Source: Pseudovirgaria hyperparasitica (lineage: Eukaryota). Taken from it: a stretch of 64,000 nucleotides of DNA. The stretch lies in the NCBI GenBank assembly GCA_010093815.1, contig ML996571.1; one strand, 5' to 3'. This document shows positions 1-11,361 of the stretch, in pieces; position 1 is the stretch's first letter, and each line of letters starts with the position of its first letter. The translations under genes were made by a program, and so were the position numbers. The notes under the pieces were generated by a model. That model was given only the letters and a program-made list of their open reading frames with translations. It was not told where the DNA came from and ran no database searches.

Positions 1-129
1 CACTAGTATATATTATATTATATGACTTTAAGCCCCTCGTACGAAAGAAAAACTTTGAAATTTCAGAGTATACTAGGATATCTACTTTGCTATTCTCTTC
101 TATACGAGGAGTAATAGCTCCTAAATCTA

Positions 130-1260
130 TATAATTAGTTGGCTTTCTCTACTAAGACTCTTTTCCTTTCCCTTTTAACCTTATTATCATCCCTATAGAT
201 TAATTCTAGGTAATATTATCCTCTTTATCACTCTCTCTACCTTCCTTCTTAATAGATGATTGTCGTATAGAGGTTTTAGCTTCCACTATAGATGTTAGCT
301 ATATAGAAAGACTAGAAGAACTAGGTAGTATAGGGGGAGAGCCTTTAGTACTACTCGTACGAGTAAGATCTAATATATAAAGTTTCTCTTTTAGAGAGGG
401 GTAAGAAGGCTCATTCTTAATATCCTTAGGCGTCTCTAACTTAAGCTCTTTCTTGATTTTTATTTTTAGCGTACGAGACTCTCCTTTAGTTTTAACCTTT
501 ATATAACTTCTCTTAGATACTACCTTCCGGATAAGACGCTGGATTTCCGGGTCTTAAATTAGATCCTAGAAGGGATCCTTATCCTAGATTATTTTGGTCC
601 TTAGCCTCTTTCGTACGGATAGTGCTAGGCTCTTAATCTTATTCTCTACTACCTCTAATACCTATCTATATATATAGACCTGGATTAGCTTCTTTATAGT
701 ACCCTCTCCCTTAAAAAGCTTACTATATACGAAGAACTTATCCACTATATACTTCTTGTACATGGAATTTAGAAGGTTAGTTAGTTTATTCTACTAGCCC
801 TTAATACTAGTAGAGATATATAGAGAATCTGTGGCCTTAAACTCATTTAGCCATAGAGATACTCTAAACTCCTACAGAAGTATATCTTATACGAAGCTTA
901 TAATATCTTAGAAATAGGTATTAACTACCGGGATTATTATAGCTTCTATTAAGTAAATAAGTATATAAAATAAGAGAGGGGAGAGAGAGTTAACCACGTA
1001 CGACCATAGCCTATCATTCTTAGAACTATTCCTTCCTTTATACATGTAGTAACATAGTAGTATATAGAAAGGAATATCTTGCTATCCCTCTTCTTCTTTC
1101 TACTATGAGATATAGTCGTACGATATATAGATGCTTGTCTTTCCTATTTAATAAGCGGGATGTTTCCTCTCGTACGAGCAATTACCTATACGGTATCTAC
1201 TCTAGCCGGTGGCTATAGTATAAGAAGATATTAAGTTTATACCTTAGGAATAATAATTAC
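130..1260 (-). pseudogene. Probable second (accessory) ORF of the transposon, RIP-degenerated; boundaries approximate
   Basis: Minus-strand stretches read as protein-like, with only TAA/TAG stops (e.g. EVVENKIKSLALSVRKRLRTK...PEIQRLIRKVVSK...KIKIKKELKLETPKDIKNEPS). A candidate GTACGT donor lies near 1000. No family recognised. Confidence 0.4.
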
Positions 1261-1699
1261 TAGCTAGCTTAGAGGAGGTATACTCGTACGAAGAGTAAGG
1301 GATTAAGTATTTAGTATATATAATCTTAGATAAGGTAAGGGAGATCTAATTAGAGATGAAGTAAGATTAATAATCTCTATATTAATAACGAGGGTTTACT
1401 AGTAATCTAGATAGGTAGCCACTTCGTACGAAGAGTGGTACATCCTAGTTTTAGGGTAGTAGTTATAGAAAGCATTTAATACTAGCATAGCTATTTAAGA
1501 TAAGAGTGGAAAGGTTTTTATATAAGGAGAATATTAGAAAAGAGAGATAGGGCTATAAGTTATAGAATAACTAAAGTACTCCCGTACGACGCTACTTCCT
1601 AGATTATCCTTTATCTACCCTATTATTATTAAGATTAGACGCCTTAACATTCTTAAGAGGGGTTCCCTATATAGTCTATTAGTACACCGCTCTTTATTC

Positions 1700-3277
1700 T
1701 CGTACGGAAGAATAATACTTATAAACTAATTAGGATCTAGATATGGATGTACTAGAACTTCTAGCCGAGGGGCTATTCTAGTATAGATATGGTCCTAAAT
1801 CCTACGGCGTAGCTGAACATAGATATCTATAAATAGACTTCTCCGTTCTTTAGCCGTATGAAGCGGTGTACCTCTATTAAAGCTAAGATCTTCGAGCTGG
1901 TTCGTATACCATAGTAGTATATTAGATAGTAGATATACATCTATATCCTAAGCTCCTGCCTAGCCTCGGATAGTAGTAAGAGCCTCTTGATTAATAGGTA
2001 CTACTCCACGTTTAATACCTTTAGCTAGTATAAAGTAATTTCGTACGGGTGGTCTAGAGATAGTAGATAGTCGATCTCTCTATTTTCGAATAGGATGCTG
2101 ATTCCATATCTATATAAAGCTTGAAACTTCCGTATAGAGAATTAGGATATAGATTACCTAAATAGTAATCCGATCTATATAACTCTATGTATTAAAGATA
2201 CCTCTCTACTTAAGCTCTAAGAAGAAGTTCTAAATATCTATTAGCTAAGTATAATATACTACTATACGATACATACCCTCCATCGGAATAAGAGTGCCTT
2301 AGAAAGCTATACCTACTAAGCCTTAATCCTTTAATTAGATGTACTTATCCTAAACATCTAGTATTAATTTAGTAGAATCTCTAGGTCATTAACCTGGCGG
2401 AGATTCCACTAAATATTTACTATACGAGTTATCTTACTACCTCTATCACTTTATACGAAGCGTGGCTAGATACCTCTAATTCTTAAAGTTTCTAGAAACT
2501 AAAAGAGATAACTAACTACTATAGTAGATAAGATACTAATATAGGCCTAGATAATATATCTTAAGTATACATCTATATAGGTATAGATCTTAATACCGTA
2601 TAAGCTAAGCTTATGGTACCTATCTATACTCTAGATATAATCAGGACCTTTTATAATATACTAGCCTCTATAGCGCTAAAAATCATAATAGCGGCGTTAT
2701 ACGCCCTCTGGATTTAAGATCTTCATAGCCTAAAATAGCCGATCTCTAGATAGATTCTTAGAATAAGTCTTTATATATAGATAGAAGGGTATAGATACCG
2801 TGTAATCTAGACTCTAGCTCCTAGGAAATGTGCATGGAGTAGGCCTCGACTAAACCCATTAATTACTCCTGACTCTAAGCCTTCCCGTACGAGCTGCATT
2901 ACCTTCTTACTTTTAGCCTATTATGTATTAATACCCCGTACCTTTCGTACGATACCCATATCTATACGACGGCGATATAGAGAACTCTATAAGATCTTAA
3001 ACCCTTCTTCTTAAAGGATCCGAATAATCTTAGTATCTAGAAGAGCTAGTTTAAGGGTAAGAGTACGGATTCTATCCTATAGGCTCTCTCGTACGGAAGA
3101 GGGAAGTAAAGAAGAGTCCTTTTAAATCTTCTATGTAGAGAAATAGCGCTTAAGCGTACGATGGGATACTATAATACTATATACACGCTTAATCCAGGCT
3201 AGGAGATCATTCTAGGTATAACCAGAGGTATATTTTAAGATAATCTCCATCTAGAGATAGGCTATCTATTACGCCAT
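1700..3277 (-). pseudogene. RIP-inactivated DDE integrase-core transposase with N-terminal Clr5-like/HTH region; 2 introns (2798-2746, 2276-2230); C-terminal end uncertain
   Basis: Manual translation from ATG 3277 (* = TAA/TAG at Gln/Trp-like positions): MA**IAYL*MEIILKYTSGYT*NDLLAWIKRVYSIIVSHRTLKRYFST*K...GPDYI*SIDRYHKLSLYGIKIYTYIDVYLRYII*AY...PRFV*SDRGSK...MFRISTSN*RIKA**V*LSKALLFRWR|NFF...IWNQHPIRK*RDR. This matches the GPxxxWSIDGxxKL / RSDRGxE / GTSTxNQRIExWW / WNxHxIR pattern of integrase-core transposases. The GT..AG introns keep the frame. Confidence 0.85.
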
Positions 3278-3938
3278 TATATAAAGAGAGAAAATATATA
3301 TAGATAGGCACGTATTACGTACGAAGAGAGGGATATTTAGAGAGGGGGGGAGTAGGTTTAATGTATATAAGTATGCTTTCAAGGTGTGTGCCCTCGGCAA
3401 AAAAAAAGTGTGGCCCGCTGACACATACCGTCCACGATATCTACCACCTAAAACGTCAGCAGCCTATGGCCCTATTGCTCGGGCCCAATCAAAGCTGGAA
3501 GCCTCCTACTAATTACCACGCCAACATTCCCACACTCAAGAGACACTCTCTAAAACACGATTCGATATACTAAGGGGCGTGACTATTAGCGGGAGAAAGA
3601 CGCGAGCTTTCCACCTCACCTCATCTCATCAAGCTTGTCCGGGGGGACGATCGACTGCCGAGAGAGCAAAGTGCAACCAGTCCCAATCCATGGCCAAATC
3701 GTCAATCAGACTTATCTCATCCATCGCCGCTTCTCAAGTTCCAACAAACCCACTCCCGCTTGCCGCTATTACATTGACCTCGGACCCTCGCCCTTTATAT
3801 ACTCGCATGCTTCACGTTGCCTTTACCACCCTTTGCGCCTTTTACCTGATGTCACTTTCCACCTACAATCTGCTCCCACGGCAAATATACTGACACAGTC
3901 AATCAATCTATCTATCGCTCGTTGCAGATATCCATATC

Positions 3939-6681
3939 ATGCCCGGCATCCTCCCTATGAAGGTCATAAAGGTGGGGTCCAGCGCTCAGTCTCGCATAGC
4001 CCAAGCCTGCGACCGCTGTAGAAGCAAAAAAATACGTTGTGACGGCATCAGACCGAGCTGTACTCAATGCATCAACGTTGGCTTTGAGTGCAAGACCAGC
4101 GATAAGTTGAGCAGGAGAGCCTTCCCAAGGGGCTACACCGAATCACTGGAAGAAAGAGTCAGAGCTCTCGAGCTAGAAGTCCGCGAATTAAAGGATCTGT
4201 TGGATGAGAAGGACGAGAAGATCGATTTGCTTTCGAGGCTACACCCAAGCCACTCCCCTCGCTTGACTTCTTCTCCCATACACCACCCGACAGATCCGCC
4301 TACTCCTACAACAGAGAAGAGAGAAGAGTCACAAGAGAAGGATGACACTTTTAAGCTACAGCAGTCTCCGCTCTTGATGGAGGACGACAATGGTGATTCT
4401 TATTTTGCAGGACTATCTAGTGGTCACACTCTCGTTGGTAAGCTTCGTACAAAGCCTTTTTGGTGTTGGCTAACTCGTACAGATGCGTTCAAGCTCAGAG
4501 TCCAAGGAACTCAGCGCCCATGTTCTGAAATTAGACCCGACTCCTTCTTTCGCCCTCGACACGTTTCTGTTGTGGAGATTGAGCAGAATGGCAGTCGTAT
4601 CGTCTCGTGGAAAGCGCCTCCGCGTATGGTTTCCGATCAAATGATCAATATTTTCTTCCAGGAATGGGCACCCTTGTTCCCTGTTCTGCATCGGCCCACT
4701 TTCCTTACTATGTATGAGCGATATGTTGCGAACATAGAGGAGGTGACTGATAGAAACTCGCTTGCACTGCTAAACCTCGTCTTCAGCATCGGCGCCCTGT
4801 CATGCTCTGTAGGCAACACTCGCCACACAGCTGGATAATCACTAACAAGCTCACAGTCTCGCGACTCCTATGATATTGCATCCTTTGAGCTGCAATGGGA
4901 AGCCGCAATACAGTCACTCTTCTCAGAAAACTCCCTCCAGTTTCTTCAATGTCTTGTCCTCGCTCAAATCCATTGCATGCTCAGCGCCGACTATGCGAAG
5001 CTTCTCAAATACAAAGGTCTCGCTACCAGCCTACTGCTGCGGCTTGGCCTCAATCAGTCACAGAAACGCTTCGCCCTTGGCGCACTAACGATCGAAACTA
5101 GAAAGAAGGTCTTTTGGACGCAATACACTGTTGACTGGTATGCCTACCTCCTTTTTGCTCAACTCACTGGATGCTAACACAAAAAGCCTCTCTGCTGCTC
5201 AGCTTGGACTGCCTCGGATGATCAAAGAAGACAATATACACTGCGAATACCCAGTAGACGCTGATGACGAGCATGTCACAGAGACTGGCTTCTTATCGAC
5301 CTTACCAGGTGAATCTACCAAGGTTTCAAGTGCTCTCGCCTTATTCAAAGCTGCTCGTATCCTTTCGAGGGTATTGGGCCAAAGCTATCCGACATGTCCG
5401 TCGCACGACATATCATTTCGGACCATGGCCAGTCAAGCCGAAGAGCTGGACAGCTGGTACAATAATCTAGCTGCACATCTCCGTCTAAAGTTCGCGCAAG
5501 ACAAGCCTTCGGCCAATGTTACCGGAAGCCGGTCCCCAATTCTGGCCATTATGTACCATTATGTGCGATCACTCATTTTTCGGCCAGCCGTATGTGCAAG
5601 CCTTGGCCCGAAAAGCTATTCAGCAACACTTGCTGTTGGCCATTCCTCGAAGTCAATCGTTCAGATCATTCAGCTGCTGGACGAGCGCAACCTGAGCTTC
5701 TCTCTTGCTCTCAATCGCAACGAGCTGACCGTGCTCGCCGGATTCGGCCTCTTATTCCAGACATTACATACGGAACATGATGGAAGACTCGTGAAGGACA
5801 GCCAGAAAATGACCCTTGTCGTGGTTGACCTGTTGAAGAAGGCTCACGCGCCATATGCTACATCTTTCCGTCGTATCGGATACTCTATGCTTGCTTCCCT
5901 TCGTCCGACGATCAAGCAGTCGCCGCCACTATCTCGCCACAATTCTGACAGTAGCATGGGAGCGCCAAGCGAATCAGCTTTCAGTGTCACCCAGCGACAT
6001 ATCAAAGCGCTCGCTTCGCGCTTTCCTTCTATATCTCGCACTACCAACAACAATGATGCCCGCCGAGCTACCCTCCCAAATATTGGCATACTTCAGAACA
6101 ACAGCTCCACCAGTATAAACAGTCTCAATTCCAATCTGTCCGGGCCCATGTCTCGCTCCGAGCCCACGCTATCCCCAGTCAATACTCACACGCCGAAACA
6201 AGCTCGAGCCAGTACCGGGCCTCGCCAGACGCCAAATCTTGACTTTCTCTCTTTCGATAATACTCCAATTCCATCAAGCTACGAACCCACGCAGCTCATA
6301 CATCCACAGAAGCAAGAAGTTTCAACCTCAGACTGGGAGCGGCTTCTCGGTAGTCTTGACAACGGCACCACTAATATATATGACACCATTTATGGCGGTG
6401 TGCCTGCTGAAGCGCTGGTCGACGCTCCTATCCACGAGAACACGTGGACGTCTGACCTGTGGCTGAACGGCCTGGGCAACCCCCCTATTGAGCACATCTA
6501 CCAACCCAGTCCGGCAGTAGCACAGAGTGTGCTCAGTCTTTCGGATGAAAGTCTGACCAGTGGAGAGGAGTACTGCGCGGAATTGAGGAGTGTGGGGAGT
6601 TCCGGGCGAGAGCGATTTGGAAGTATTGTCATACCGGATATGAGTTCTAGTCTACCGCTGGAGACGAATTACGGGCTTTGA
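3939..6681 (+). CDS. facB: Zn(II)2Cys6 transcription factor FacB/Acu-15/Cat8 family (acetate utilisation regulator); 3 introns (~4438-4482, ~4808-4856, ~5138-5187)
   Basis: N-terminus MPGILPMKVIKVG..SRIAQACDRCRSKKIRCDGIRPSCTQC..GFECKTSDKLSRRAFPRGYTESLEERVR is the FacB signature. Fungal TF middle domain (FFQEWAPLFPVLH, RKKVFW). GT..CTAAC..AG introns join the ORF pieces. Confidence 0.93.
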
Positions 6682-7937
6682 TTTCAGCTCGACATCTCAC
6701 ATCTCATCTTGCTCTATTTACGTTAGTTTGATTGGCTATATGATATCCCCTGTCAACTCATATTTCAATTGGCGAAGGTTCCGGCTATAGGCGTTCTACT
6801 TTGGTATACACACATGTTGTAGCATGTACGAAATACGTATGCGGTCTAGTACACTTGGTCTTGGTCCCATGTTCCGCCAACCTGTCAGTCACTTCTCGAA
6901 GCGATGCCTAGTTCTCCAAAAAAGGAGTAAAAGGTCAATGTAGTTGTCAAGATATTCCATAGTTCTGCCAGCACCCGTCAATGCTATGCTATGATACCAT
7001 TCGCATGGTCCCTTAATACACAGTCGGCGTCGCGTACAAGTCGTGGCGCACTTTCGCATGCAAACTCGACCCTCCTCTGACAAAGTCTCGTTCACTGCCA
7101 AACTCCAGAAAACCGGAGCTCCAAAAAATTTCAAACTAAGCTATGCCAGTGGACCCCAAGCTGAGACGCAAAACACGTCTGGGGGTATCATGCCAATACT
7201 TATCTTCCCCTAGGCATGGGAAGCTGCCTCGCAGAAGCGAGATCGAGGGTCCGTGCGATCCACGCTGCTATCGGATTCCCTGCCGTGTAGGGCAGATCCC
7301 TGGTTGCGCGTAATATGCGTCTGATTCAAGGATGCAGTGATTATCATCCCTGTCTGTGCGTGTTAAAATCTTGCCGATATCCTGTAGGGATCCTGGTGAG
7401 CGATGCCCGAACGAGGATGAGGCATATGTCGATACGCTTCGTTCTGGAACCTTTGTGCTGCTTCTGTCGTGATCTCTTGCCGACCCCTGGACGTCGACTA
7501 TCCTGCAGGGGACTTGAGTCGTACAGTACATATTCGACAGACGATAAAGACTAAGAAGCCCGAGACGGGTAGCCGAGGCGAGGCAGAGGAGGATGGATCG
7601 TTATACAATTGGGTTGGGTGGAAACGCGGGATGGGATAGCCAAAATTTGTGGTGCTACAGTGCTGGTACTCTGAATTTTGCCAACAAAAAACGAAGCATG
7701 CAACGAAAACAAAGTGTATTTTACTCTGTTCAGCCCCGGCGTTGTTGCTACGGGAGCAAGAATGTGTGTGTATCTAATGATACACTTGCTATTAAACAAA
7801 TCCGGGGTAAAGGGCTCGACGCACGTAAGAAAACCACCCACCACACCTTGATATGCTACGCAGGAAAATACACCACCACCCCGAGAAGAATAATGGCCAA
7901 GGAAACTCGTGAAACTCGTCATCGTCATCACGTCTCA

Positions 7938-9202
7938 TCATGCTCTAGCCTGCACCGGGCTAGCCGTTTCTTCCCTCATCCGTCCACGTACATCGTCCCC
8001 ATCAAATCCACTCGCTCGTTGATTCTTCTTTTTCTCTTCCTCTAGCTTCTCCTGTAACGCGCGGTAGTACCGCCCTGCTGCTTCTCTCGTGAACTCCTCG
8101 CCCGTCACCATCGGAAACTTCTTCAGCGGTCCCTGGATTCGGGTGTCCTTGCAGGGCTGGTTGAAGAATGCGATGCTGTATCGCTCGCCATAATAATCTC
8201 CTTCCTCACAGGGTGCCTTGACGCGATGGAATGTGCTCTTGAAGCGGTCATCGGACCATGACATGAGCAGGTCGCCAATATTGCAGATGATGTCGCCAGC
8301 GGAAAGGTGCACCTTGGTCCAGGCATCACCGCGACCAAACTCCGTAACAGTTTCACGGCCCGGGCAGATCTCGAGACCGCTCTGCGAGGCGTCACGCTGG
8401 AAGAGCACAGTCAGGAAGCCCCAATCGGCGTGGGCGCTGGCGCGCTGATAGACTGTGCCGTCCGCTGTGCGTGGCGTGGGATAGTAGTGTAGCAGTCTGC
8501 AACATGTCTGGCTGTTCGGTCGAGTGATGTCATGCGCCTTGATGAAGAAATCATCCTCGAAGCCCAGTCCTCGGGCGAGGCAGATCATGAGCTTCTCACT
8601 GACGCCCTGCACACGTCTCATGAAGCGCAGACTTCGCTCCTGGAACCCGGGCAGGTTCTCGTCCGGAAGCCACATGCCGTTCATGTTCTCGCCGAATTGC
8701 ATCTGATAGGACTCCTTGATGTCGGGCATGCCCGTGGACGGCCGGACTTGGGAGCACTTCTCCCAGCCGACATTGTTGGGATTCCAGGGGACGTTTGCCT
8801 TGACGGAATCCGGAAGCGAGAAGAAGGATTCAGAGGTCTGGAACATGGACTCAATCTCAGCAAGAGAGAGCCCGTGGTCGATCACAGAGAAAAATCCGAC
8901 ATTTTCCGCAGCGTCGACGAGTTCGCGGGTTATGATGTCGATGCGGCTATCGAAGTCGTGGAGGGAGATCTACTGCGTGGTAAGTTTCGTGTTCTGGCGC
9001 GGATATGCAACAGATGGCTTGTTTTATGGGAGGACGAAGGTATCATGAAGCGCTTAGGCACGAGCACAACATAATGTCGAAGCCAGCATGTCGGTAGTCC
9101 CACCCAAGCGAGAAGCAGCGAGATACCTAGTGGCGGCAACAGAGAAGAAGTGATGTCACATACCTTTGGAATCTCACGATCAACGTATTTGGTCTTCTCC
9201 AT
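7938..9202 (-). CDS. 2-oxoglutarate/Fe(II)-dependent dioxygenase (IPNS/DIOX_N family), ~356 aa; intron 9163-8970
   Basis: MEKTKYVDREIPK|ISLHDFD..AAENVGFFSVIDHG (DIOX_N). HxD in SAHADWGFLT, distal His in STFHRV, RYS 2OG-binding motif. Confidence 0.93.
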
Positions 9203-9333
9203 TGTGTTGATTAATTGATGGTTTGTTCGCGGCTAAAGAGTCTCTAAAGTCTGGTACGAAGCAGACACGGCTGCAAGATAGCGGCTATGAACTTCTTTTA
9301 TGTCGTGCGTCGTCTCTTAATTCCTGCTGTCTG

Positions 9334-9430
9334 CTCGCCCGAGAATGCGCAAGCCATCAGACCTTCCGTCGCTACTCTCGGCCGAGCTCCGCACAAGCAC
9401 TCTGCCTTGTTAATGAAAGCGTCGGTCGAG
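9334..9430. promoter_or_regulatory. Three (C)TCGGCCGA(G)-type palindromes upstream of the dioxygenase; putative Zn2Cys6 sites
   Basis: CTCGCCCGAG 9334-9343, perfect CTCGGCCGAG 9377-9386 and TCGGTCGAG 9422-9430, ~44 bp apart. Confidence 0.55.
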
Positions 9431-9814
9431 CTGGACAGCTTCAACTAAAACTCTTTACGTATGTTTCAGCTGGTCAAGAGTGCGTGTGGTGTTAGATTAC
9501 AGCTGCATCTGAGGATGGATGGGTTGCAGTGAGTGTACGGACGACCGAAGTAAACGATGGCGAGAACACCCGGTTCTGCCTTAGGCAGGAGCCACACAGT
9601 CTGCAAATAAGAAAACATGAGCATTTTCTTATAAACTAAACATTGAGGCTGATACAAGTCTAGGATCTATAAGCTCTCAGAGCGTATCTACAGGATTCGT
9701 TTGACGCATTCTCGGTGCGTACACCAGGATCCTATCAGTTCCGAGCCGGCACTCGATCACATTCGAACCGGAACAAGAAGTCCTGCTTCTTGTTCGAACT
9801 CTGAAGACAACATC

Positions 9815-10673
9815 CTACCCGTTGCTCGGCTCACATCCCCCTTTGTCTCTCTGACATCCTAGAGGACACGCTGCATCTGGGTTGAACTGCCACTGAAACA
9901 ACGGATCCGTCTCGTTTGCCAGCAAACCACCAAGGAGCCGGCTCTGGTACGGGAAATCGAAGCTCTCTCGAAAGATGTCGATAGAGGGCACTCTGATCTG
10001 GCCCCAGCCCTCGACGATCAGAGCGTCGATACTGGTGCCATAGATATACTCTCTGAATCCAGACCATCGGATCGCAGACGCACACTGACGAAAACGTTAG
10101 TCCAAACTGCCCAAGTAGTGTTCTGATATCCTCATATTGGAAATGATGTATGAACGTCAACAAGGGGAACGTACCATAGGACAGCTCTCTGCATTCGTAT
10201 AGAATGACAATTTTGGAAACGCTTCGAGGGCTTCTTTTGGTGAGAGTCTATATCTCCCATTCGGATCCGTCAGCACTGTGGTGCAATTGATTATCGCGGC
10301 AATTTCTCCTGGACACATCGTCAACTCTCCTTTCGCGCCCCTAGCCCCAAGGCTTCATCAAGACCATACCATGCAGAATCGGGTTCCCCGTTTTACTCCC
10401 ACTATTTGCCCCGATGCAAACTTCCTCCCCAATGCCCTCTCCACTGGTATGATTGACGACCACGCTTCCAAACGGTAGGAACGGACACGGCGATCTGGAG
10501 ACGTCCAATAATGCCGCATTCGCCCGTCTCATCCAGAACGCACGCGTGACATGCGAGACATTGTTGATGGCTCTTGTGGGACTACTGGTGATGTCGAAGT
10601 TCCAATGTGCGTCCACTGTGTCCACAAAGACCAGCAAGGTGGCAATGACCTTGAAGATCAGTATGAGCACCAT
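9815..10673 (-). CDS. Zinc-dependent nucleoside/nucleobase deaminase (cytidine-deaminase fold, guanine/cytosine deaminase-like) with predicted signal peptide, 235 aa; introns 10369-10309 and 10174-10085
   Basis: Spliced translation: MVLILIFKVIATLLVFVDTVDAHWNFD...RAFWMRRAN...SPCPFLPFGSVVVNHT...GNPILHG|EIAAIINCT...FYTNAESCPM|CASAIRWSGFREYIYGTSI...GWGQI...ANETDPLFQWQFNPDAACPLGCQRDKGGCEPSNG*. Contains the HxE and CxxC zinc motifs. Exons total 708 nt in frame, with canonical GTATGG/GTACGT donors. Confidence 0.9.
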
Positions 10674-11361
10674 ATCCTGTCACAGAATCATAGGCTTTGT
10701 GTGTGTATATGTGTCTATGTTTGTATCATATATAGAGGGACCAATAGTTCTTATCACAACACCATCATTTGCTACCGGCAGTCACCCAAGGGCTCTCTTT
10801 ATAACATCACATCTACCTACATCAGTTCCACCACGCATGTATCACTCCCGTGCCACCCGTGTCACAGACACACCATCATCATCATCATCATCATTCATTC
10901 ACCAAACTATTCGTCGCGTGCTCAATGCCTCGATGCCATGGAAAGGCACAGCAAGGCAGTCATCATCGATTCATCCCACGCACACAGCCATAGCAGCACA
11001 GCACTCACTCACCTATGCGGCGTTCAGGAGTGGTGCGAGGAAGGCATCTCGAATGTCTCTCAACTAGTACATTGCTACTCGCTCGTCTGCTGCCCTGATT
11101 GCTCGGGGGCACAACATGCGTGTTTCACGAACAGAGAAAAAAAGTAAAAAATGTTTTGGATGCCTTGGTGGCCTGGGCGCCAGTCAACGAGGATCATCGG
11201 TACAAAATAGGGAGAAGCGAAACTGTGCCACAGCAGCCCTAATTATTACCGCGTACGTATTGAATGCCTCCATTGGTAAATTATACAGAGTCTTTTCCGC
11301 AACGCCACAATCAGTCAGTCCTTGGCAACACGGTGTACTCAAAAGGCTGGCAGTCTGACAT

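Larger units (their letters stand above)
1..3400 (-). mobile_element. RIP-degenerated DNA transposon relic (integrase-core/IS3EU-like); left end probably outside the window, right boundary approximate
   Basis: Very AT-rich, TpA strongly enriched, CpA/TpG nearly absent, no ORF of 60 aa or more in the track. Normal composition returns abruptly at ~3380-3430. A transposase can be reconstructed on the minus strand. Confidence 0.9.

Noticed and set aside
3361..3893. Short ORFs upstream of facB; candidate transposon terminal repeat near 3400-3430
   Set aside because: The ORFs lack coding features, and no partner end is visible in the window to define a terminal repeat or target-site duplication.
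9440..9660. Splice-like signals and a short ORF between the dioxygenase and the deaminase
   Set aside because: No coherent spliced ORF or recognisable peptide could be assembled.
10341..10673. Signal peptide followed by His (AHWNFD) suggested an AA9-type lytic polysaccharide monooxygenase
   Set aside because: The spliced downstream sequence carries deaminase HxE/CxxC motifs, with no LPMO features.
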